From NCBI GenBank assembly GCA_951406725.2, contig OX597816.1, positions 118,792,001-118,856,000 on the forward strand: DNA of 64,000 nucleotides, written 5' to 3'. Under the pieces are notes generated by a model. The model did no database searches. It was not told the origin of the DNA and saw only the letters and a list, made by a program, of their open reading frames with translations. Of this stretch, positions 25,409 to 36,145 are shown piece by piece (within the stretch, counting starts at the first letter, position 1; the number at the start of each line of letters is the position of its first letter). This DNA is from Octopus vulgaris. Lineage: Eukaryota. The position numbers were made by a program, and so were the translations under genes.

Positions 25409-25663
25409 CGATGCCTCCAAAACAGTGAGTGACGTGGAGTTATGTGACACCAACGAACACTGAAATATCTTCCAAAATCCAGGGTTTTTATAACTGCTCA
25501 ACCTGACCAAAAGGAATCGAAATTCAGGACAAACATTCTTTTTGAAACTTCTAGAATCTTTATATGAGCAGTTATATTAACCAATGGGAAAAAAACGAAA
25601 ATGCTAATTCTTCGGCAAAGACATTACGTCATATTGCCAATTCGTGCCACATTTCAAAATGGC
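25409..25663 (-). promoter_or_regulatory. Putative nested TATA-Inr stress-responsive promoter plus 53-nt non-coding first exon
   Basis: Minus-strand TATAAAA 25492-25486 and Inr TCAGT (A+1 = 25461, 31 nt spacing); HSE GAAacTTCtaGAA 25544-25556; CCAAT 25581 and 25637; TGACGTAA 25631-25624; TGACGTGG 25430-25437; donor CG|GTAAAT at 25408; local CpG retention. Confidence 0.6.
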
Positions 25664-28161
25664 TAAAATGGTTATTGCTACAATATCGTGGAAGTTTCGG
25701 ATTCTTATCCTGCGTGTGTGTGTATCAGCATTGCTTTTATGTGCATTTTTTCCATGCTGGCGTGGATTGGCTAAATTATTTAGGCAGCAGTCTATGGCCA
25801 GTCGTCTTTCTTGTTGCAGTAACTAATACTTATTTTCAAGTGAAGTACTTTATACCATGTTGGTTTTCACAGGACAAAACCACCAAGCCATAGGACACAT
25901 TAAGAGTGATTGCCACTGTTTTTTAATCAGATGGCGATGATGTGAAATCAAGTGGTAACACATCACACTTACGTTAAGCTTCCATACAGTCCCTCACCAA
26001 GCATTGGTTACCACAAAGTGCCATGTGGTTGCAAAGCAAACTTCTTAACCATACAAACACACACACACAAATTTATGTTACACTGTTTATATTCATTTTC
26101 TATGCTTACATAAGGTGTGAGGGTCTTTTGATGGGTGCCTCAACAGAACTTATTTATAATCAATCAAACTGGAGGTGACTTATGTGGTCAGTAAGCAAGC
26201 CTCTTAAACTCAGCCATTGGAGCTTCTGTAGAAAGCAGGTAAAGTTGACATCAACAGGATTTGAACCCAGATCAACTATACCTTTTTAAAGACACAACAG
26301 GGATGAAAAGGCAATGTTGCCATCAACAGGGTCCAAGTTCAAATTCTACTAAGGCCAATTTTGCTTTTCATCTTTTTTGGGTACCAGTCACACACTGGGG
26401 TTCATAATTGGATAATCCCATCCCTTCAACATTGTATGCTTTGAGCCTTTTTTAGAGACAACTATTTATAGCTGAACTTAGCCAAATATTACTCTTAAAA
26501 TAAGAAAAATATGCCATTTATAAAACACAATAGTCTTCAGTCTTCAGTTGGCAGTGGATTTCAGCACTCAACAGCCAAACAGACACATGTAAAACACAAA
26601 TGCCTATTTTTATTCAGTCATTACATTTTATTGAAATATTATTCCAACACACAATGGCTTATTAGACAAGCTGCTGTACATGCAGCTATTATTATTAATT
26701 TTATTCATGAATACATGAATATATAATAGATAGATGATTATATGGATAAATAAAACAATAAACAGATCGATAATTTCTACATGTGGGTATTGGAATCAGG
26801 GTATCAGCATGCAGTGTTGTAAACGTTTTAGAAAGTAAAAGGCAATTATGATAGGGCCAGAAAAACAGTGGGGAGGCAAATGTTTTGAAGAGGGTCTTCC
26901 AGCACATTCATCATATTTTATGAGACCATTCCCTTTATAGCTGTTTACTGTTACCAATGAATACCAATGGTCATTGTTTAGCTAATTTTTTTTCAATTAC
27001 TTATTTTATTTTAATTATTTTTTATAAATTCATGTTTTGTTATTTCATTTTAAATTGCTTTATTGGATGTTTATGAATGAGATCAATTTCTAGAGAGTGG
27101 AAAGTGTGCCACAAACATAACAAGGAAACATCCACTTTCATTGAGTTATTATACTAGACAGCATATGGGCTGTTGTTGTTGTTGGTGGTGGAGGTGGTAG
27201 TAGTGGTGGGCATCCCCCACCTATCTCCCCACCCCATTCCCACTCGCAACATTTTTCAATCAATTTGCAATTATCAATAGCATGTGGGCCACCACTGCCA
27301 CCACCATCACCACAAAAAGAAACAAAGGGAGAGGGAAAGAGAGTTACGAAGTAATACATACATTGCCACCATCCAACACCCACTCCCCACCCATGGCTTG
27401 AGACATATAGAACTGAACAGTCTGATCCTTTGTGATAAATTCAGAAAACCAGACTAGAGTAACTGAGACTAAGTACCACCTATCCCCTACTTCCTTGCTG
27501 CATCACAGGAGTGCACTTTCTGCTGAGGCAAAGAGCATAAAAACACAATTCACTACTAACAAACACATGCACTTTAGAAATGTCCAGGCTTAAATGAATC
27601 ATGGACAAGTTTCCATTAGATTTCTCTTTGAATGTTAAAATATCCAATAAGGCTATTTTCACAACAGAATAACAAATAATGATGATGATGATGATGATGA
27701 GGATAATAAAAGCTACATGCATCATATGCAAATGGATACAACACTGATGATGATGATGATGATGAGTGAAAGACTTATCGGGCTTGATCTGGTATATGAA
27801 TAAACAGGATATAGAATAAATGAGACATTTTTCTGAAGGAGGAGTCAGAATGAGTCAGATCTAAATGAATGAATAAATGGTACACTGTTCTTACCACAAA
27901 TTACCTTTGTTGTTGTTGCTACTGTAGTAAGTTTTATTATCATTATTATTATTTGTAATTCCTGATCTGTGAGATACAGTAAGAGTTTTGGTTTTTTTTT
28001 TCTTTCAATTAAAAATAGCTTAGAGAAATGTGTGTGTGTTGCATACACACAATTAACAGTGGAAGAACCAAAGTCATTGGTAACTATTTGAGTTTCATAG
28101 GGACACTTATTATACCAAAAAGTCACCTTTATTGAATACTTTTTCCTTTCAATGGTAGAAG

Positions 28162-28163
<2 letters not shown>

Positions 28164-28209
<46 letters not shown>
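28164..28209. repeat. (TA)n microsatellite
   Basis: Pure TA run; similar (TA)/(CA)/(TG) tracts at 548-570, 19510-19600, 20320-20395, 22567-22630, 31820-32090 and 61650-61695. Confidence 0.95.
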
Positions 28210-28211
<2 letters not shown>

Positions 28212-28469
28212 ATATTTAGGGCTAAAAAAACACCAGGTGGATAGCCATATGCTATAAGAAGATCACATACGATCTAACTACAAAGAAAGAACGTTCTCCA
28301 GAGAAAATTCAGCGAACACCAGAACATAAATTAATATTCAATTTATCTCCCTCATTATTTAACTGCTATATATATATATATATGTTTATGTGTGCGCACA
28401 CACACACACATATATATGATCAAACAGACCTCAAAGAAGCTGGTGTTGGTCTGCATTGGCAAGATTAAT

Positions 28470-28870
28470 TGTCATCATCCTTTAAAGTCAGTTTTCCATG
28501 CTGGCAAGGGTTGGATGGTTCACTAGAGCTGGCACGCTGAGGAGCTGCACAAAGTTCTAGTCTGATTTGGTTTGGTTTCTACAGCTTGATGCCCTTCCTA
28601 ACACCAACCACTTTACACCGCATGAATGCTTTTAAGTGGCACCAGCATGAGTGCTTTTTGTGTGGCCCAAGCACATGACTCTTTCATGCCAATCCTCTTC
28701 ACCAGGGCATGTAGCCATAACACTTCTGTTGTGGAGGATGGGTCTTCTTGAGTATAGCAAGGTGTCAGCTATCTCAGCCCTTTGTCATCTCATCTAAGTT
28801 TCAGTGTCTGGAGGTCATCCTTCTTTACTTCATCCCATGTCCTCCTAGGTCTCCCTCTTCCACATATTTC
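28470..28870 (-). mobile_element. RTE LINE 3' fragment
   Basis: catcatc tail, ttccatgctggcaagggttggatgg and gatgcccttcctaacaccaaccac motifs. Confidence 0.75.
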
Positions 28871-28898
28871 TCCCTCTCAGTAAAATCATTAAAAAGAG

Positions 28899-29138
28899 TA
28901 CAGTAAATTTGCTGTGATGGGGCGGAAAATCCAACATTTCGGACAATGTTGTTCTTAAGAGGAAGTTGAAAGGAGAGCAATAAATGCGAGACAGCAGAGT
29001 TTCAGATTCTCCAAGTTGCAGCCAGTATTTAGAAGATGTAAAATTCTGCTGTCTCTCATTTATTTCTCTCCATTCAATTTTCCCTAAAGAACTCTATCCA
29101 ATTCATTGGATTTTTCACACCTCAATAAATTCATTGTA
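28899..29138. mobile_element. Foldback MITE, TA-flanked
   Basis: Long arms, e.g. gaaaggagagcaataaatgcgagacagcagagttt / aaattctgctgtctctcatttatttctctccattc; ends tacagtaaattt / aaattcattgta. Confidence 0.7.
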
Positions 29139-29139
29139 G

Positions 29140-29660
29140 AGACCTTTGGCGATATGCTGTGCTTGAGAAGACTCATCAAGTCAAGTGAAATCGTAGTTGT
29201 GGCTAAAGCAGGTGTCACATAACTGGCACTCATGCTGGTAGCATGTAAAAAGCAGCCGTTACACTCTTGGAGTGGTTAGCGTTAGGAAAGGCATCCAGCC
29301 ATAAAGACCATGTCAAATCAGATTGGAACCTGGTGCAGCTCTCCAGTTTCAGTCAAACCGCCTAACGCATGCCAGCATGGAAAGTGGACATTAAATGATG
29401 ATGATCATTGTTTAACGGCTGCCTTCCATGCTGGCATGGGTGGGATGGTTTCACAAGAGCTAGCTAGGCCAAAGACTGCATCAGACTTCTTTGACTGTTT
29501 TGGTAGGATTGTTACAGCTGGATGCACCAACCACTCAGCAGGGTGGATTTAGTGCTTTTTACGTGGCACAACCACAGGCAAGGTTTTTACAGCTGGATGC
29601 TTTTTTGAACACCAACCAGTTTATAGTGTGGCCTGGGTGTTTTTAAGTGGCACTTGCACT
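29140..29660. mobile_element. Two RTE 3' fragments tail-to-tail (+ 29140-29405, - 29405-29660)
   Basis: ggacattaaatgatgatgat directly joined to cattgtttaacggctgccttccatgctggcatggg. Confidence 0.7.
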
Positions 29661-30024
29661 GACATGGTCACCAAGTACTTGGAAAAAGATGTAGTTTTAG
29701 GAGGTCTAAACATAATTCTAAGATTACCAAGGATTTTAGTAACTTTAATAATAATGACGTGATTGAAAACATAATGAGTGAAGATGAAGTGGTTACAGAG
29801 AATGTCGATGAAGTTGTGACTGAGGCCATGTGACTGTGGCCATGCTGGAGCACCGCCTTTAGTCGAGCAAATCGACCCCAAGACATTCTTTGTAAGTCCA
29901 GTACTTATTCTATCAGTCTCTTTTGCAGAACTGCTAAGTGACGGGGACGTAAACACACCAGCATCGGTTGTCAAGCAATGCTAGGGAGACAAACACAGAC
30001 ACACACATACATATATATTGTATT

Positions 30025-31055
30025 GGATGAAGGTATTGAGGAGAATGATGCTGGTTTAAGTTTGAGAATGTAGAGGTTACTTAGCAATGTGGATAGAGGA
30101 ATGATTGTGGACATCACTGATACAATTGAAAAACTTCTGCATGTTGAAGTAAATGGGTTCAAAGCAGTGGACTTGTCTACATAGGATGGAGTGTAGGTTT
30201 TGAACCAAACCATAAAAGAGGAAATGTAGTGAAAGAACGTTGGTGGAAAAGAAGGATAAAGCAATAAATGAGCAGACTATGGAAACATATCAATATGCTA
30301 GAAAGGAAGAAAGGTGAAATCAGAAAGTAGGAGAAATATCAGGAACTAGAATGTATATATAAGATTGAGAAGAAGGGGTTAAATGTAATCCTTGAAGAGC
30401 TCAAAGAATGGAGGCTAAAGTCACAAAAATTAAGATATGATCAAAGAAATTGATCAATAGATTTTTCGGATAGGATGCACTGAGGTATTGATATGCAGTG
30501 CTCAAGAACAAGCTCTGAGAACTAATTACACCAAGTTCCACCAGGTATCACTGAGAGTAATGAGTATAAGATCTTGTGGAATTTTTCAATCTGGTGTGAT
30601 TCGGTAATTGATGCTGAGAGTCCAGACATTGTTGTAGTTGATAAAATGATGAAAGAAATGAAGATCACAGATATTGCCATATCTGGGGATGTATGAGTGA
30701 ATGATAAAGAACTGGAAAAAAATTGAAAAGTGCAAGCTACTAAAAGATGAGATTGTATGAATGTGGGCAATGAAGAAAGTAACTGTCATTCCAGTAGGTG
30801 TAGGGGCATTAGGAGCATTAACAAGCAGGCTTGAGAAATTTTTATGAGAAATTGGGACAAGTGTGGAACATGCACAGAAAACTGCTTTATTTGGGACAGT
30901 GAAGATTTTGAGATTGGTACTTGGATGTTAAGTACCGTGGAAGAAGACTCTGCAAGACCCTTAACAACAGATCGCTGTCCATTCTTACAGAATTAGCCCC
31001 TCCCCAACAATTTCCCCTTCATGACTGAAATTGCCTTTAATGATAGTAATAATAT
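30025..31055 (+). mobile_element. Internally deleted Dong/R4-like RLE-type non-LTR retrotransposon
   Basis: ILWNFSIWCDSVIDAESPDIVVVDK...ITDIAISGD...MWAMKKVTVIPVGVGALG...QKTAL.GTVKILR (restriction-like endonuclease, PD..D); charged N-terminal remnant (KKGLNVILEELKE); no RT visible; TAA-like tail. Confidence 0.72.
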
Positions 31056-31164
31056 CTGGCTGCATATATGCATAGGAGAAATTAAGAGGATATATATGTG
31101 TGGTGTTATGATAGATCATTAGCTCCCACATGCATTTTTTTCTCTCCTTGTTTTTTTCTGTGTA

Positions 31165-31202
31165 TCTTTCTGTCGAAGAGCGTAGGCTCGAAACGTAAAA
31201 GA
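31165..31202 (+). ncRNA. Minimal type I hammerhead-like motif in a Penelope-like LTR fragment (about 31100-31290)
   Basis: UCUUU-CUGUCGA-A-GAGC-GUAG-GCUC-GAAA-CG-UA-AAAGA: helix I 5 bp, helix II 4 bp, palindromic ACGU helix III; A6 replaced by U. Confidence 0.55.
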
Positions 31203-31294
31203 CTTTTTCTATTCCTGAGCACTATACTAATACATTTGTTTGTTTGTACTCCACCTGCCTTTGTCTTTTGTTTATTTTCGTAAACTTTCCCTTT

Positions 31295-31818
31295 ATCATC
31301 ATCATCATAATCATCATCATCACCATTTAGCGTCTGCTTTCCATGCTAGCATGGGTTGGAGGGTTCAACTGGGGTCTGTGAAGCCAGAAGGCTGCATCAG
31401 GCCCAGTCTGATCTGGCAGTGTTTCTACGGCTGGATGCCCTTTCTAACGCCAACCACTCCGTGAGTGTAGTGGGTGCTTTTTACGTGCCACCGGCACAAG
31501 GCCAGTCGGGGCGGCGCTGGCAACGGTCACAAATGGATGGTTCTCCTACGTGCCACCGGCACTGGTAACTCAGCTGCAATTTCCATTGATCGATTTCGAT
31601 TCTGATCCTCACTTGCCTCAACAGGTCTTCACAAGTAGAGTTTTGTGTCCCAAGAAGGGAAGGTATGCATACGTAGGCTGGCTCCATCCCATGTAGAAGG
31701 CCATGGATTATGGTCTCACTTGTCCTGCCGGGTCTTCTCGCGCACAGCATACTTCCAGAGGTCTCGGTCTCTAGTCATTTCTTCAGTGAGACCTAAAGTT
31801 CGAAGGTCGTGCTTCACC

Positions 31819-31820
<2 letters not shown>
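31295..31820 (-). mobile_element. Young RTE LINE 3' fragment
   Basis: (CAT)n tail, CCATGCTAGCATGG, ORF end VVKHDLRTLGLTEEMT; CpG-rich. Confidence 0.85.
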
Positions 31821-31866
<46 letters not shown>

Positions 31867-33652
31867 ACGTGGGTGTATATGAGTACATATTTGTATATAT
31901 GTCCTGTGGGTCTACATGTATGTATTTACATATATGTTACTGGGCATGTATGTGTGTGTACATATATATATACACACATGCACACATATGTATGATTGTA
32001 TCTGTAGATATGTATATATTGTCTGAGTATATATGTATTTATGTACATGTGTATAAATATGTGTGTGTGTACATGTGTGTATGTATATACAATCTGTGCC
32101 AGTATGGAAAAATGAAAAATGGATGTCAATTGATGATAATGTATATATTGAGTAGGCAGAAGGGTGTCAAAGCAGGCACTGGATGCCTGAGGACTCCACT
32201 CCTTGATTTGTTGTTAAGGCTGATTTCCTGGGCCTTTTCTTTCCCCAAAGCACTCACGAGGAAGTGAGGGTTTGTGCTTGGAGTTTCTTCCATAACATCT
32301 GGAGAAACAGAACTAGGCACTTGACAGGTGCTACTACTTCTCTGGATCTGAGTAAACCTGAGAACAATAGTGGCTAAGAGAAGGTTTCACATTCTTCAAA
32401 ATCTTGCAACTCCTGAACCAGGGTCCCAGTACCGGATGAAGTTTGAAGTTATACTCAGGACACTGAGCCACAGTAGTTCGACTTCCATGTCTAAAGAGTG
32501 GGATCTGATTGCGCAGACTGACTCTCACTTTTGTCTGCACTAAGTGCAGACAAAACAGAAAAGACCTGCAGTGATGGAGAAGTGACGAAAATGACATGTA
32601 GTCCTAGATAGTACTGGCAGTTGCAGCTTCAATTCCACCTTTAGGTGGTCTCTTTCTTCCACATGATATTCAGCCATCATAATCTGAATACCTATCTATT
32701 GATTGCTTTATCAATAATGGTAAGCTAATGATTTCACATAGGTCAGTCACTGTGCAAACAGGTTTGGAGCAAGGGTTTATGGTTAAGGTTAAATAGCTGA
32801 AGGAGAAGTCAACAAACTGAATTTGTGAATTAATCTTCCAGAAGAATTTTTAATTAATAATCTTTAAACCTGAAGAAATTTTATAAAAAAATGAGAATAA
32901 AGTTAAAAGTTAAGGGGAAAGACTACTTATTTTCTTAGCATACTTCCGTCTACATTTTTTAATTTACTCACTAACTTTTCATTTTAGGCTACTTTCTAAT
33001 GCAATTAACTTTGAAAATTTTGTATAACTTCTTAAGAAATTGAAACAACAAGCAAAATTTCTTAAGTGTTCAGCATTATTTCCCTTCTGTTCTTTCAAGT
33101 TTTGTCATACATATCTAATGCATAATGAAGTCATGTGGTTGTATTTATTTTATTAAACACTGACAATGCTGGACACACACACACATACCTGCTGGTGCCA
33201 CATAAAATGCACCCAGTACATTGTGTAAAGTGGTTGGCATTAGGAAGGGCACCAAACAGCTATATGGCTTGCCAGTTACTGTCAAACAGATGTTAAATGA
33301 TGTCTTCCAAGACATTGCAAGGTTACCGCTTTAACAGCTGAGTGGTCTGGAGCAATGTGAAATTAGGTCAGAATTAAAATCACAATCTTACAATCATGAA
33401 TGTAACAACCTAACCACTAGAGCACACTTCATTTTACTATGGCTTGGAGTGAGATTTATTAAGAGGCAGAATCTTTGCAACCACATACACTTTCTGTTAG
33501 CAACTCTTGGCGGTTTTTTTAACTGAAGAATTTCTTTTTCTCTCACTAGTTTCCTAAAATTCCATATGCAGAGGGATAAACACCATATAGTTTCAAAGCA
33601 ACACAGTCATATCTGTGACTCTCTCTCTCTGAGTCTGTCTGTCTGTCTGTAT

Positions 33653-33951
33653 CAGGGGTTTCCAACTGGGGTCCACAGAAGCTTTAAGGGGGTCCATGAG
33701 TAAACAAATTGTAATTTGTGGGTCCATATATAAATTTTGTTTACTAGGAGAGGTATCTGCATTTATTGAAATTTTCAAGAATTGTATTTGGAATTTATGG
33801 CATGAATATAACGAAATTGTTTCATTGTTAGTTTTTACTAACCTACAAACAAATATTTTATTTCAAAAATTTACATGTGCATATATGGGGTCTACAGATG
33901 ATAAGAAAGCTTTCAGGGGGACCACAAGAAAAATAAGGTTGCGAACCCCTG
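33653..33951. mobile_element. hAT MITE
   Basis: TIRs caggggtttccaac / ggttgcgaacccctg. Confidence 0.7.
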
Positions 33952-34784
33952 CTCTCTCTCTATATATATGTTAATAGTGCAGACATGGCTGTGTGGTAAA
34001 AAGTTTGCTTCCCAATCACATGGTTCTGGGTTCAGCCTCACTTTGTAGCACCTTAGGTGTCTATTAGTATAATCCTGTGTCGACCAATCATGCACAAATA
34101 CATAAGCACATAGGTATTTATGTACAAAATGTTTTTTATAATGGTTCTGAATCAACCAAAGCCTTATGAGTGGATTTGGTAGACAAAAACTGAAGAAATC
34201 CTGCCATATGTGTGTATGTGCATGTGTGCACATATTACTGTCTCCTTCCTTGATATAGCATAATAGTGTTGAGTGTAACCATCATGGCATCCTTTGTTCT
34301 CAATCTTTGATGAAAACATGTTTTAGTCATGGGAAAATAATACCTTGCTTGGAAATGGGTGAGGGTTGACAACAGGAAGGGCATCTAACTAGAAAATCTG
34401 CTTCTCACAAATTTCATTCAACATTGGGTAGAAACTTGGGTAGAGAGGGAGAATCTCGAAGCAACGAGTTTGAATATAATTCGTAAGGAATTCTCTCTGC
34501 AACAAAATTACTGAATTTGAGGGGGAAAATAATTAGATAAATGAAAACCAGAGAGAGAATGAATAAATAAATAAATACGATACGATATGATAAGGAGAAT
34601 GGAATAAACAATGAAGATGGCGCTGAAAGTAAAGGTGGAATTTAAAAATGCATGAAGACGCCATGTTTAGAGATAAATAGAGAAACGAAGGGGGAGCAGA
34701 TCAGGGTATCCAAACAAACGCTTAAAAATACGAAAGTAACAGGTTGAAAGTTAAGGTCTTAGCTGGCGAAGACATGTTGGGGAA

Positions 34785-36145
34785 ATCGAAATCGAATTGA
34801 ACCAGCCAGGATCCCTGGTCTGGTGGTACGTAAAAAGCACTATCCAACTCGTGGCCGATGCCAGCGCCGCCTCGACTGGCTACTGTGCCGGTGGCACGTA
34901 AAATACACCAATCCGACCGTGGCCGTTGCCAGCCTCGCCTGGCGCCTGTGCAGGTGGCACGTAAAAAGCACCCACTACACTCACGGAGTGGTTGGCGTTA
35001 GGAAGGGCATCCAGCTGTAGAAACATTGCCAGATAAGACTGGAGCCTGGTGCAGCCTTCTGGCTTCCCAGATCCCCGGTCGAACCGTCCAACCCATGCTA
35101 GCATGGAGAACGGATGTTAAACGATGATGATGATGATGATGATGATGATGCTGAAAGTGTAACTGCTAGAGTAAGAATAGCCTGGGCAAGGTTCAGAGAG
35201 CTCTTACCTCTGCTGGTGACAAAAAGCCTCTCGCTCAGAATAAAAGGCAGACTGTATGATGCATGTGTACAAACTGCTACAGGGCAGTGAAACTTGGGCC
35301 GTGACTGCTGAGGATATGCGTAAGCTTGCAAGAAATGAAGCCAGTATGCTCTGATGGATGTGTAATGTCAGTGTTCATACTCGACAGAGTGTAAGTACCT
35401 TGAGAGAAAAGTTGGACCTAAAAAGCATCAGTTGTAGTGTGCACGAGAGCCGTTTGCGCTGCTATGGTCATGTAGCGAGAATGGATGAAGATAGTTGTGT
35501 GAAAAAGTGCCACACCCTAGCGGTTGAGGGAACCTGTGGAAGAAGTAGACCCAGGAAAACCTGGGACGAGGTGGTGAAGCACGACCTTCGAACTTTAGGT
35601 CTCACTGAGGAAATGACCGAGACCTTTGGAAGTATGCTGTGCGTGGGAAGACCTGGCAGGACAAGTGAGACCATAACCCGTGGCCTCTACCTGGGACATA
35701 GCCAGCTCACTTACACAAACCTTTCTTTCTTGTGACACAAACCCTACTTGTGAAGACCTGTTGAGGCAAGTGAAAATCAAAATCAAAATCGAAATCGATC
35801 AACATCAATGGAAATTGTAGCTGTGATACCAGTGCCGGTGGCACATAAGAGAACCATCCGAACGTGGCCGTTACCAGCGCCACCCTGACTAGCCTCCGTG
35901 CCGGTGGCACGTATAAAGTACCATCCGATCGTGGCTGTTTGCCAGCCTCGTCTGGCACCTGTGCAGGTGGCATGTAAAAAGCACCCACTACACTCATGGA
36001 GTGGTTGGCGTTAGGAAGGGCATCCAGCTGTAGAAACACTGCCAGATCAGACTGGGCCTGGCGCAGCCTACAGGCTCCCCAGACCCCAGTTGAACCGTCC
36101 AACCCATGCTAGCATGGAAAACGGACGTTAAATGATGATGATGAT
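34785..36145 (+). mobile_element. Two head-to-tail RTE 3' fragments (34785-35150; 35150-36145)
   Basis: ORF 35358..35735 (RLRCYGHVARM...GRSRPRKTW...DLRTLGL) and 3' UTRs ending gttaaa(c/t)gatgatgat. Confidence 0.88.

Noticed and set aside
31809-32267. 152-aa ORF and similar Y/I/H/T/V/C-rich ORFs (19318..19698, 20871..21170, 22566..22880)
   Set aside because: Translations of (TA)n/(CA)n/(TG)n microsatellites and SINEs, with no domain features.
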